DNA from: Octopus vulgaris
Taxonomy: Eukaryota
Assembly: GCA_951406725.2 (NCBI GenBank)
Contig: OX597839.1
Coordinates: 34,596,001-34,660,000 of the forward strand
Direction of reading: 5' to 3'
Length of the DNA: 64,000 nt
The notes under the pieces were generated by a model that was not told the origin of the DNA, ran no database searches, and saw only the letters and a program-made list of their open reading frames with translations. The number at the start of each line of letters is the position of its first letter. The first letter of the stretch is position 1. This document shows positions 40,246-53,773 of the stretch, one piece after another. A program made the position numbers and the translations under genes.

Positions 40246-41894
40246 AAAAAAAGCACACACTACACTCTCGGAGTGGTTGGCGTTAAGAAGGACATCCAGC
40301 TGTAGAAACTTTGCCAGATTGGATTGGAGCTTGGTACAGCCTTCTGGCTTGCCAGGCCTCAGTCAAACCATCCAACCCATGCTAGCATGGAAAGCAGACG
40401 TTAAACGACAATAATGATGAGTTCTACAAGACTCACTTGAAATGGTTAAACCTTTAGCATTTAAACCAGCCATATCCAACTCAAATATTCTACCCCTTTT
40501 TATGTATACAGATTGAGAAATATTCAGCCTCTCGCACCTACCCTACAATGTCATACTAAAAATAAACAAGCACATCATTGAAATCTCAATCATCATCGTT
40601 TAACGTCTGCTTTCCATGCTAGCATGGGTTGGACGATTTGATTGAGGACTGGTGAACCAGATGGCTGAACCAGGCTCCAATCTTGATCTGGCAGAGTTTG
40701 TACAGCTGGATGCCCTTCCTAAAGCCAACGACTCTGAGAGTGTAGCAGAGGCTTTTACATGCCACCAGCACGAGGGCCAGTCAGGCAGTACTGGCAACAG
40801 CCACGCTCAAATGGTGTTTTTTACATGCCACCTGCACATGAGCCAGTCCAGCGGCACTGGCAACGACCTCGCTCAAATGTTTTTTATCACGTGCCACCAG
40901 CACAACAGTGATACCGGAATGGACATAGCCAATCTGAAAGAAGCGGCCCAGGATAAAACTGACTGGAGGACACTGATCCAACAAGTGACCGAGAGTTGAC
41001 TTCGACTGAGCGGATAGAGAGAGACCAGCACAAGTGCCAGTAAGGCGACGCTGGTAAAGATCACACTCGAATATAAAAAGATAATACATGACAAATTGAA
41101 AACAATGTGAATAAGTATTATGTTAGACTGGCTAATCTGAATGATGATAAAGGATTAACACAAATAGGGACAGCCACCAATTCATCTGTGAATGCTACTA
41201 ATGATAAAGGCACATTAACCCTTTAGCATTTCAACCACCCATATCCGGCCCAAATATTCTAATTGTATTTTCAAACTGGCCAGATCCAGCCTCTCACACC
41301 TACCCTACAATGTCATTCTGGAAATAATCGCATCATTGACATCTGAAAGCTGTGAGACAATGCAAGATTAATCCAAAAGAACACAAATAAATAATCTTTT
41401 CATTTGACAGAGGATAATCTGGATACTAAAAGGTGAAGTGGTTTAATAAGGATTAGGGTTTCAACTTTGGTTTATTTTGCCATTTGACAAACATGTCACA
41501 TCACTAAATCTTGCTAATGCCATGTAGGAAAGACATGGATATCATAAGTTCTAATGTCTCTGCCTTGGAAATTTTAAGCTTAATGGTTATGTCAGAAACA
41601 TGTGTTTAACCCAGTCATATCCAGGGTCCAAGTATTCTACCTGTTTTATGTTCAGACCATCCAGATCTGACCTCTCACACCTAACTTACAATGTTATTCT
41701 AAAGATCAATAGCCACATCATCGAATTCTCAAAGCTACGAGATAATACGGGATTAATGCAGAAGAACAGGAGTAAATAAGCTTTACATTTGACATGGTAA
41801 TCTGAATGCTTAAACACGTTATCAAAGAGAAGGTTCATTTCTCATCAGCTTATCACATGAAACCAGGATTAAAGCAAGCCCTTAGAAGACCTTT

Positions 41895-42234
41895 TGTGAA
41901 GGCACATGGCTCAGTGGTTAGAGCGTCAAGCTTACTATCGTGAGGTTGTGAGTTCGATTCCCGGACCGGGCTGCATGTTGTGGTTCTTGAGAAAGACACT
42001 TCATTTCACGTTGCTCCAGTTCACTCAGCTGTAGAAATGAGTTGCGACGTCACTGGCGCCAAGCTGTATCGGACCCTTTGCCTTTCCCTAGGATAACATC
42101 AGTGGTGTGGAGAAGGGGAGGCTGCTATGCATGGGTGACTGGTCTTCCATTAACAACCTTATCCAGAATTGTGCCTTGTGGGGAAACTTCCTAAGTGCAA
42201 TCCCATGGTCATTGATGACCAAAAGGGGTCACCC
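41895..42234 (+). mobile_element. SINE family C (tRNA head plus CORE-like domain)
   Basis: A box tggctcagtgg, B box gttcgattcc, cttgagaaagacactt..cactcagctg..aaatgagt. TSD agaagaccttt at 41884-41894 and 42235-42245. Confidence 0.82.
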
Positions 42235-42417
42235 AGAAGACCTTTAGGGATTATCAAACATGCATACCATTTACAATAAATTATGGGGCAGGTGTGACTG
42301 GTTGGGAAAGAAGCTTGCTTCACAAGCAAGTGGTCTTCGGTTCAGTTCTAGCTCAGCATTTCGGGAAAGTGTCTTCTACTACAGTCCTGGGCCAAACAAT
42401 GTTTTATGAGTGAATTT

Positions 42418-42900
42418 GGTAAATGGAAACTAAACGAAGCCCTTCACGTGTGTGTGTCTTCATGCTTGCGTTTGTCTTCCCACCACCAAATGACAACTGG
42501 TGTGGGTTTATTTACATCCCCATAAGGCACGAGGTTGGTGGTAAATGGAAACTAAATGAAGCCCTTCACGTGTGTGTGTCTTCATGGTTGTGTTTGTCTT
42601 CCCACCACCAAATGACAACTGGTGTGGGTTTATTTACATCCCCATAAGGCACGAGTTTGGTGGTAAATGGAAACTAAATGAAGCCGTTCACGTGTGTGAT
42701 CTTCATGCTTGTGTTTGTCTTCCCACCACCAAACGACAACTGGTGTGGGTTTATTTACATCCCCATAAGGCACGAGGTTGGTGGTAAATAGAAACTAAAC
42801 GAAGCCCTTCACATGTGTGTGTCTTCATGGTTGTGTTTGTCTTCTCACCACCAAATGAGAACCGGTGTGGGTTTATTTACATCCCCATAAGGCACGATTT
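42418..42900 (+). repeat. ~122-bp tandem repeat x4, derived from the middle of an old SINE A
   Basis: ggtaaat.gaaactaaa at ~42418, 42540, 42662 and 42783; degenerate SINE head upstream and tail downstream. Confidence 0.85.
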
Positions 42901-43967
42901 TGGTGAAAGAGACCAACCAACACATTAAGTACCAGAGTTAAAATAGAAAAGATTAAAAAAAGGGGGGGAAAAAGCACTGGAATGGATATTTGCTTGACTA
43001 AACCCCTTCATTGCAAGGTGGTTGGTGTCTGCCCCAGCATGGCCACACGGCCGGTGACTGAAACAGTTTAAAGATACAAATATTATCTCATTTCCCTATC
43101 ACAAGTCCAAACTGTTTCTCACGCAAATATCTTTCAGTTTGAAGATAACAAAGAGACTTGCAACTTTGATAACGGAATCACTGAAATGCACAATGTACAA
43201 TGCGTGCGTGTGTGGATGCACATGCGCATGGGCACACTATGTAAATGGGTGTACATGTACGTATGAATATGTAAGAGGGTATATGAGTACGTGAGTGCAT
43301 GCATGTGTGTGTGTGTGTGTGTACATGTAAATGGGTGTAGAAGTGCATGTGTATGCGAGTGCAGTTATGTGTACGTGCGAGAGGGCGTACAAGTCCGTGC
43401 ATGTACATGTGTGTGAATGCTTGCATGCATGTGTGTCTGTACAGATGAAAGGGTGCACGAGTGCATGCATGGGTGCATGTGGGCAGGTGTGAACACGTGA
43501 GTGGGTGTAAGTGCATGCGTGTGCATACGTGTGAGTTTACGAGTGCATGTGTGCGTGTACGTGTCAGAGCTTGCATGTGTGCGTGTACGTGTCAGAGCTT
43601 GCATGTGTGTGTATGCGTCGGTGCTTGCATGTGTGCGTGTATATATATGTGAGTGGGTGTACGTGAGTGTATAGAGGTACACACGAGTACGTACTTAAGT
43701 GCAAGAGCACTCTGCACGAATGCGCAAGTGCATGCACAGGTGAGATTATGTACAGGTGTGTACACACACACACACACACAGATTTCAGATTGGGCTTTTT
43801 TTGTTTTGTTTTGTTTTTGGTTTTTTTTGGGGGGGAGGGGGGAGGTGAGCAAACAGTTTGCAAGTGTTAATTATTTTGTACCGGAATGACTTTGGAAGAT
43901 GACAGAGAGAAGAGCTGAGACTTTGTTCAGGCGGCAACACAATTAGCACAGCACAAGAAGAGACAGC

Positions 43968-44046
<79 letters not shown>

Positions 44047-44909
44047 GGTTGAACAATCGTTTTGTTATGTACCAGCCTGTGGAGCACAGTCTTAGTTTAA
44101 AGAGAAGAGAGGACACAGGAGGAGGAGGAGGAGTGAGAGGATTTAAGGGGAGGGGGGGCGTGAAGGGGGGAGAGCAGAGGAGGGAAGACATGAGAAGGGT
44201 AGGAGCAGAGAAAGAGGGGGTGAGAGAGAGCACAAGTGGAAGAAGGTACAAGGGAAGAGAGAGAGGGGGGGGGCGGACGAGGACAGAGAGGGCACAAGGG
44301 AGATAGAGGGAGAGAATGAGGTGGGGAGAGGGTAGAGGAAAGAGCAAGCATTGTAAAGGGTAAAATGTAGGAATGACCCCGAGTTCAATTCCTTGCTGAG
44401 ACATAAAACCAAACTTATTCCACTCACCTAAAGTTTCTAGCAGCAAATACTGAAGTGAAGGACATCTGATACTGCCCCCACTGCCAGTGGGCAGTAGGGA
44501 CTGACCAAAATGATTAATAGGGTTTAAAAAAAAAAAAAAAAAAAGGCAACTGGATGTTTTGTTTTAAGTGTCCGACCCTTTAGCGTTTAAACTGGCCACA
44601 TCTGGCCAAAATGTTCTGCCTGTTTTATGTTAAAACAATGTCGTTTTAAATATATATTTCTTTACTACCCACAAGGGGCTAAACAAAGAGGGGACAAACA
44701 AGGACAGACAAAGGGATTAAGTCAATTACATCGACCCCAGTGGGAAACTGGTACTTTATTTATCGACCCCGAAAGGATGAAAGGCAAAGTTGACCTCGGC
44801 AGAATTTGAACTCAGAACGTAACGACAGACGAAATATGGCTACACATTTCGACCAGTGTGCTAACGTTTCTGCCAGCAAAAATAGTTACCGCGTCAAAAT
44901 CTCAAAGCT

Positions 44910-45160
44910 GAACCTCACGGAGGTAAGGTGTCTAAGCTCCTTTCAAACGGGCCCCCACAGATGCAAGGTGGCTGAGTTCCTTTTGAACAGGCCTCATGGT
45001 GGTAAAGTGACTGAGTTCCTTTCGAATGGGCCTCACGAAGGTGAGTTATCTGAGTTCCTTTTGAACGGGCCTCATGGGGACAAGGTGGCTGAGATCCTTT
45101 CAAACAGGCCTCGCGGAGGCGAGGTGGCTAAGATCCTTTTGAGCATTGGGCTTCATGGTG
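44910..45160 (+). repeat. 39-bp minisatellite x6, leading into an RTE 3' UTR (to ~45445)
   Basis: Units of aggtggctgagttccttttgaacgggcctcatgg. Confidence 0.85.
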
Positions 45161-45784
45161 ACAATGACCAAGACCTTTGGCATTATGTCATGCTTGAGAA
45201 GAAGACCCATCAAGCCGAGCAAAATCAGTCATGGCAGGTACAGGTGTCACACAAATGGCACCCATACCAGTGATACATGAAAGCACCCACTACACTCTCA
45301 GAGTGGTAGGCATTAGGAAGGGCATCCAGCCATAGAAAACCATGCCAAATCAGACTGGATCCTGGTAAAGCCTTCCAGCTTGCCAGCCTTGGTCAAACCA
45401 TCCAACCCATGCCAGCATGGACAACAGATGCTAAATGATGATGATTTGACCGAGTAATGTGAACACTAAAGGGTTAAATAAGTGATTGTTGACCCTCACC
45501 TTCATAGGCTCCGTCTTAACTGGGGTCAGATCAACAGGGGTTGATGTCCAGTTTGGTGCAAATTGGTCAAGTTTTTTGGCAATATTGGATAGAAATGACT
45601 CAGGCTCAACTCATTTCATTCCAGGTTCAATCTCCACCAAGATCAGATAAAAACATACCCTAATCTAGGGTAACCGATTGCTGAAACTGTTAGTATGTTG
45701 GACTGGATGTCTTTTGCATTCTGGGTTCCAATCTCACCATGGCCTACCTGGGTGGTAGACTTATTCCATCACCTAGTTTAACAC

Positions 45785-46080
45785 TTGCACATGGTTCTTG
45801 GGCACCTTGAGCAGAATCTATTCTTGTTACCCAGATTAACACCTCCACCTGGTCCTTGGATACCTTCAGTAGAATCCACCCTGTTGCTACCTGGTTTAAC
45901 ATCACAATCTGGTCCTTGGACACCTCTTCCAGAGTCTACCCTGTTGTTACCTAGATTAACCCCTCTGCCTAGTTCTTGGATACCATCAGTAGAATCTACC
46001 CTGTTACCTGGTTTAACACCTCCACCTGGCCTTTGGGTATCTTTAGTACAGACCACTCTTTTGCTAGCATTTGGGGTAGA
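45785..46080. repeat. 60-bp tandem repeat x5, reading frame open on both strands
   Basis: Units of ctggtccttgga.acc...agaatc.accctgttg.tacct.g.ttaac, with one 3-bp deletion. Confidence 0.85.
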
Positions 46081-46729
46081 TTCCTTGTTTGAGGACACCT
46101 TTCCCACCCACCAGTTGAGGAAGCCCTGTAAAGAGTCATAAGCACTGCCCTCCCCCCTGACAAAAAGTTTATTTCCCTGTGTAAAGATAGAAAAAAAGGA
46201 GTAATATCCGCAGAGAAAACATGAGAAAAGGGAATCAGAAGAGTTATCGGGAGAGGGATAGGGGTCACAAGTATGGGGTTCAGTTGCAGTGGAGACAGAA
46301 TGAGGGGAGTAGACTAAAAGGACCAGCTATGGACCAGAAGGTTTGAGTGAGAGGGTCTTAGACAGCCGGAAAAATGACCCAAAGCCTTGTGAGTGGACTT
46401 GATAGATGGAAACTGAATGAAGCCCATACATCTGTGTGTGTGTGTGTATGTGTCCGTCCCTCCCACCATCATCACTTGACAACCGATATTGGTATATTTA
46501 CGTCTCTGTAACTTAGCGGTTCGACAAAAGAAACTGATAGATTAACTACTCGGCTGACAAAGAATAAGTCCTGGGGTCAATTTGTTTGACTAAAACCCCT
46601 AAATGTAGTGCTCCAGCATGGCCACAGTCAAATAACTGAAACATGTACACACAAACACACACACACAGGTATGTTGATCCAAACAGGAAAGAATATAAGT
46701 ATGTGTGTATGTATATATATATATATATG

Positions 46730-47102
46730 CTTGTTTCGGTCATTTGACTGTGGCCATGCTGGAGCAGTGCCTTTAGTTGAACAAATCGACCCCAGGACTA
46801 ATTCTTTGTAAGCCTAGCACCTACTCTATCAGGCTCTTTTGCTGAACTGCCAAGTTACGGAGATGTAAACACACCACCATCGGCTGTCAAGCAATGCTGG
46901 GGGGGGGGGGGGAAGACACAAACATACACACACACACACACACACAAACGGGCTTCTTTCAGTTTCCGTCTACCAAATCCACTACCAAGGCTTTGGTTGA
47001 CCCAAGGCTGTAGTAGAAGACACTTGCCCAATGTGCTACACAGTGGGACTGAACCTGGAACCATGTGGTCGGTAAGCAAGCTACTTACCACACAGCCACT
47101 CC
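46730..47102 (-). mobile_element. SINE family A, facing an opposite-orientation partial copy at ~46380-46642
   Basis: Family match. Confidence 0.82.
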
Positions 47103-47814
47103 ATATGTGTATAGCATTTCTGCAGAAGGCTAGCCCAAGCTGGAGTACTGTCTACTCCAGAAGCTTGGAGCTGAAACAGCAAGACAAGTGGATAGTCATA
47201 ACGACAGGAAGAGGGGGAGGAGACAGAGAGGAGAAAAGAAAAAAAGGAAGTGAGAAAGAGAGAGAGAGAGAGAGAGGGGATGAAAGAATGAGGGAGGAAG
47301 GGAGGGAAGCCATTGCAAGAAGCAGCAGACATGGAATGAGAGAGGGAGAGAGAGGGTGGATGTGGGAGGAAGATGAAAAGAAAGGGAGAGAGGGAGAGGA
47401 GAAAAAAGAGGGCGTAGGAGGAAGGAGAAGAATTAAGTGAGAGGACAATTTCTATAGATAGCATTCCTCCTCCTCCGCCTCCTCCTGTCTAGCCAGATAA
47501 CAAGCTCAGCACTTCATCAACCACACACACACACACACACACACACTGCAGTCTTATCAATGAGAAGAAGAAGAAGGAGAAGAAGAAGAGCATGTCGATT
47601 TGTGAGAGATTAAGCCAGAGGAGGAACTGTTGCCATGTAAACATCTGTCCCTGTGTGTGTGTGTGTGTGTTTAAGTGGGAGTAACAGATGTTACATACAC
47701 ACACACACACACACACACTCTTTCAAAGCAAAAATGTGAAACATATGCAGTCAACAAACCAACACACACACAGAATACAATTCAGAAGATTATGTATATG
47801 TGTATATGTGTGTG

Positions 47815-47863
<49 letters not shown>

Positions 47864-47967
47864 ATTACAATTCAGTATACACACATACACAGCTCAGCAT
47901 ATATATACATACACATACACACACACTACCTTCAACACGTACACCCACAGAATACACTTCAGCATAA

Positions 47968-48462
47968 TGTGTGTATGTGTATATATATATACATATATAT
48001 ACATATATACACATATATATATATACATATACACACATATATACATATATATACATATATACATATATATATATACATATACACACATATATACATATAT
48101 ATATATACATATACACACATATATATATATATACATATACACACATATATATACATATACACATATATATATATATACATATATACATATATATATACAC
48201 ATATATACATATATATATACATATATATATATACATATACACATATATACATATATATATACATATATATATATACATATATATACATATATATATATAC
48301 ATATATATACATATACATATATACATATATATACATATACATATATACATATATATACATATATATATATATACATATATATACATATATATATATACAT
48401 ATATATACATACATATATATACATATATATATATACATATATATACATACATATATATATAC

Positions 48463-48493
<31 letters not shown>

Positions 48494-48696
48494 CATACAT
48501 ATATATACATATATATATATACATATATATACATACATATATATACATATATATATACATATATATACACATATATATATACATATATACACACATATAT
48601 ATATACATATATACATATATATATACATATATACACATATATACATATATATATACACATATATACATATATATACAGATATACACATATATACAC

Positions 48697-48727
<31 letters not shown>

Positions 48728-48728
48728 T
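47968..48728. repeat. Long compound (TA)n/(CATATA)n microsatellite, ~760 bp
   Basis: Directly visible. Similar arrays at 27265-27512, 30185-30600 and 10820-11050. Confidence 0.95.
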
Positions 48729-48863
48729 AGGGAGGGGGGAGATAGATCCATTACTATTCAGTATATACACATACACAACTCAGCATATATATACACACAC
48801 ACTGCCTTCAACACGAACACCCACAGAATACACTTCAACATAAATACATACACTTCAGTATGA

Positions 48864-48913
<50 letters not shown>

Positions 48914-50051
48914 CCCACAAACGTATATACACCTACACAACACTGATCAGGTAGACACAGCTACAAAGCACACTTCACCTGTTACACACCCACACTCCAA
49001 CGTAGACCAATACACCTCATCCAAGGTACACACACACACACAAACCAGTACAGCACCTACTTACTATCCCACACACATTCCATACACACACACAGGACAG
49101 ACCATTACACACATACACCCACAAGTCTACCACCCACCCATATATACATGTACAAACACAAAAGTACAAACAGTACACCAAAATAAACTCAAGTCAAAGC
49201 CAGCAGTCAGCTAAAAACAATTTCGATGGCTGAAGTTCACTTGTGTGTGTGCGCGCAATTCAGGGAACAAGCGGTGCTTTTTGTACATGTAGACACAGAC
49301 GTGGCCGTGTGGTTAAGCTCCTGTTTGCAACCACGTGGTCTCAGGTTCATTCCCACAGCGTATGACACCTTGAACGAGTGCCGTTTGCTATATAGCTCTG
49401 GGCCAACCAATGCTTCATGGGTGAATTCGGTAGACAGAAACTGTGTTCAAATTCCGCTGAGGTCGACTTTGCCTTTCATCCTTTTGGGGTTCGATTAAAT
49501 AAGTACCAGTTATGCACTGGGGCCGATGTAATTGGCTTAATCCCTTTGTCTGTCCTTGTTTGTCTTCTCTGTGTTTAGCCCCCTTGTGGGTAGTAAAGAA
49601 ATAGGTATTTCGTCTGCCGCTATGTTCTGAGTTCAAATTCCGCCGAGGTCGACTTTGCCTTTCATCCTGTCATCCTTGCTTACCAACCACATGGTTCCAG
49701 ATTCAGTCCCGGAGCCTGCGTGGCATCTTGAGCAAGTGTCTTCTACTATAGCCTCGGGCCAACCAAAGCCTTGTGAGTGGATTTGGTAGACGGAAACTGA
49801 AAGAAGCCTATCATATATATGTATGTATATATGTGTGTGTGTGTGTGTATCTGTTTGTCCACCCCCCACCCCCGCAACATCGCTTGACAGCCAATGCTGG
49901 TGTGTTTACGTGCCGTCACTTAGCGGTTCATTGTAGCAGGGATAGACAACAGAAGGCACAACCTTAATGAGAAAAGCATGTCATTCATTAAAAGAGGGGC
50001 TAGCAGTGTTTACAAGGCCTTAACATTAAAACCAAGCATTGCTAACTTTAA

Positions 50052-50527
50052 CCCTTCCGTTACCAACCCGGCCAAAACCGCCTCTGGCTCTGTAGTACAA
50101 ATGTCTTGTTTTCATAAGTTTTGAATTAAAATCTTCCACCAAACCTTAGTCACAATTTATATTCTTAACACTAGCTGAATGATAACTAAGTTATTTTACT
50201 AAATTCTTTGTTAGATTTAAAATCAATTGAAAGAAACACAGAGCATCTCAACAGAAATAGGGTAACAAAAGGGTTAAAATATACAATAGAGAAACAATTC
50301 TTAACCCTTTCAATACCAATCCGGCTGAAACCAGCTCTGGCTCTGTAGTACAGATGTCTTGTTTACAAAAGTTTTGAATTAAAATCTTCCACCAAACCTT
50401 ACTCACAATTTATGTTCTTAACACTAGCTGAATGATAATTTAAGTTTATTTTACTAAATTCTTTGTTATATTTAAAGTGACCGAAAGAAACACAGAACAT
50501 CTCAAAATAAATACAGTAACGAAACGG
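50052..50527 (+). mobile_element. piggyBac-type MITE family 1, tandem dimer
   Basis: TTAA flanks, two units, spacer aatatacaatagagaaacaattc. Confidence 0.8.
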
Positions 50528-51306
50528 TTAAGTACATTCTCAACCATTAAGACCAACAAGGAGAAGATCAAAAATGTAAGGGTTTTGTCATTTGGTCACC
50601 AACCTATTCAGCCTGGATCACAATAGAAAATTCTACACAATCTCCATCGGGTTCATATTATTACTAGCAAGGAAAAGAGATTGTAAGAAATACAAAGTGG
50701 GCAACTCTGAACTGAAGGGATTGCCAGTGGGTGATAAGGCCCTAAGAACTCCCATTCACACCAGAAACTCAATGCCCTTCAGATCAGCATTCCTATCGAA
50801 CCACCATATTTGATAGCTTGTAGGTAACAAGTGTGGTTGTGTGGGAAGATGCTGGCTTCCAAATTGCATGGTTCTCGGTTCAGTCCCACCATGAAGTACC
50901 TTGGGCCGACCCTTGAGCCGACCAAAGCCTGGTGAGTGGATTTGGCAGGCGGAAACTGAAAGGAACCTGTTGTAAATGTGTGTGTGCGCGTGTGTCCACT
51001 ACCACCACTTGTCAACAGGTGTTGGTGTGTTTACATCCCTGTAACTTAGCAGTGCAGCAAAAGAGATCAAATAAGTATCAGGCTTAAAAAAATAAAATAA
51101 AAGATAAAATAAGGACTGGGACCAATTCATTTGGCTAAAATTTCTTCAAGGAGGTGCTCCAATAGGGCCACAGTTTAATGGCTGAAACAAGTAAAAGAGT
51201 AAAAGTATAACATTTTGGATGCAACCCTTCGTCAGATACCAGAGGAAAGTCCAGGAGAGACCAAGAAGAGAAAGAAGGAGAAAAAAATTAGAAACGAGAT
51301 ATACCT

Positions 51307-51538
51307 ATTTCTTTATTACCTACAAGGGGCTAAACATAGAAGGGACAAACAAGGACAGACATAGGTATTAAGTTGATTACATCGCCCCCAGTGCGTAACT
51401 GGTACTTAATTTATCAACCCCGAAAGGATGACAGGCAAAGTCGACCTCAGCGGAATTTGAACTCACAACGTAACAGCAGACGAAATACCGCTAAGCATTT
51501 CGCCCGGCGTGCTAACGTTTCTGCCAGCTCGCCGCCTT
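51307..51538 (-). mobile_element. SINE family B, full-length monomer
   Basis: 14-bp TSD aacgagatatacct at 51293-51306 and 51539-51552. Confidence 0.9.
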
Positions 51539-53773
51539 AACGAGATATACCTTCATCCCAGAAATAGGCCCTCTTGTCCCTTTTCCTTGTTCACTATTGC
51601 TTTTAAACTAAATTAACAACAAACCTTCGATATTCTCCCTCCATCCATGCCCTTCTGCCTCTAGCTTAGACATTCTCTCTCAACTGCCTAATAAAGGCAA
51701 CAAACTTCCTATAACACCTCCAACCAAGCTTTTGTTTGTTTCAATTTAGCAACTATTATTATTTGCAGTTCTGCTAATTCTTCGGTGTCTAATCCTCCAC
51801 CTCCCGTCCCTGCAGCACCTGTTTCACATCTGAAACAAAATTCTTCACCACCACCTACACCCCCTGCTGCACTCACAGCAAAGCAGAAAGCCCTACTCAA
51901 AGACACATGGATGCAGTCACTTACGGCTCCCATCTGGAAGACATCCATTGTCACAATACCCACAAGAAAGGCAGAGCGTACCTTTGAGTATACAGAGTAG
52001 CATTCAAGCTCCTCTCCTACCTGCAAATTGCATCAGGGCCTTCTGGTGGTACATTGTCAGCGGGGGTGTCTACCAAATTTAAGGAATCCTTCCAAGCGTT
52101 ACCCCCTCATCAACCAAAACAGTCTGAATTTTTTCTTTTTTTTTCCCCCTCAGCAATTCAACTTTTTTTGTTTTTTTTTTCATTTCCTTCCAACTTCATC
52201 CCAGGAAGAAAACAGATGCCAGCCTCCTTTAACCCTTTAGTATTTAAACCAGCCCTATCCGGCCAAAATAGCTAATCTGTTTTATGTTCAAACTGACCAG
52301 ATCCAGGCTCTCACACCTACCCTACAATGTTATTCTATCTTAAGTAATTTCACCATCAAGATCTTGAAGGTATGAGATAATGCATGATTAATTCAAATCA
52401 ATGGGAATCAATAAGCATTATGTTTGATAGAATAATCTGAACACTAAAGGGTTAATATGCGTCCAACCTCAAAAAAGAACTATTTCTTGGACCCTGCAAA
52501 CCTTTGGCCCTCTACAAAACTAGTGTGAGCGAGAGAGAAAGAGAGCACAAACACACACACATTTATGTGAGAGAGCGTGCACACATTTCTGTGTGTGAGA
52601 CAGAGCACATGCATTTGTATGTGTGTAAGAGAGAGAAAGAGTGTGTGCACACACTCGTGTATATGTGTGTGAGAGCGCACACATTTGTGTGTGTGTGTGT
52701 GTGTGTGAGGAGAGCACACTGTGTGTGTGTGTGTGTGTGTGTGCACACTGTAAACTGGTTGGCATTAGGGATGGCATCCAGTCACAGAAACCATGTCAAA
52801 GAAGATAAGGGAGTTTAGTGCAGCCCTCCGACTTGCCAGCTACTGTTAAACAGTCCAACATGGAAAACGAATGTTCAAGTGTGTTATTTCATATACATAT
52901 GTGCGTGTGTGTGTGTGTGTGGCACGTAAAAAGCACCAACCGATCATGGCCATTGCTAGCCTTCCCTGACACCTGAGCTGGTGGCACGTAAAAAGCACCC
53001 ATTATACTCATGGAGTGGTTGGCATTAGGAAGGGCATCCAGCTGTAGAAACACTGCCAGATCAGACTGGAGCCTGGTGCAGCCTCCTGGCTTCCCAGACC
53101 CCAGTTGAACCGTCCAACCCATGCTAGCATGGAAAGCAGACGTTAAACAATGATGATGATGGTGTGTGTGTGTGTGTGTGTTAAAAAGCTGGCTAGTTAA
53201 CCATGTTGTTTCTGGTTTGTTCTCACTGTGTAGTGTCTTCTATTACACACACACACACACACACACACGTGGACCCAGACAGATGCCACGCCCTTCAAAA
53301 CCCTTAGTACTCCTCAACTTGATGCAGTTTAAAAATCACACCCAGGAGAAGCTTCCTTACTTGAGCATAATAAACTACAAGCAGTTCCATATAATGGCTG
53401 ACAAGAGAAAATCTACAGAGTCTGTGGGGAGGCACATATGAATGAAGTTTAGGTGGGGTTAAGCAGCATAGAGGTGGGGAACAACAGTACCTTTGTAAAC
53501 CTTTCATCTGTCTGCACATTTTTACTTGTCAACAGGGGCACTGGTCTGACTATAACACAGCTTTCATTTATGGCTCCCAGAAGGTGGTGCACACCAATGG
53601 CCACACCACGGTCCTTACTTTGGCTAGTGAGTAAAATTATGTGGAGGGTGCCAGGAATTTAGGAAGAACTGATGTACTGGGGACATCGTCCCTTAAGGTG
53701 CACTGCACGATGACTAAAACAGCAGATGGGACACAAGGGCCCAATATGCTCAATGGTTCAAAAGGTATGATAG

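Noticed and set aside
41900-41972. Apparent tRNA gene
   Set aside because: It is the head of a SINE: it continues into a CORE-like body and the whole unit is bounded by a TSD.
47688-48863. Long ORFs of 250-390 aa rich in Y/I/H/T or C/V/M, and similar ones at 3025-3857, 10077-11881, 27188-27542 and 30150-30753
   Set aside because: Translations of (TA)n/(CA)n microsatellites, which lack stop codons.
51769-52000. Plus-strand ORF containing LTAKQKALLKDTW, resembling a globin A helix, after a tttgcag acceptor
   Set aside because: The following residues lack globin B/C-helix features (F..LF...P), no convincing donor at the usual intron position, and no other globin exons seen. Probably coincidental.
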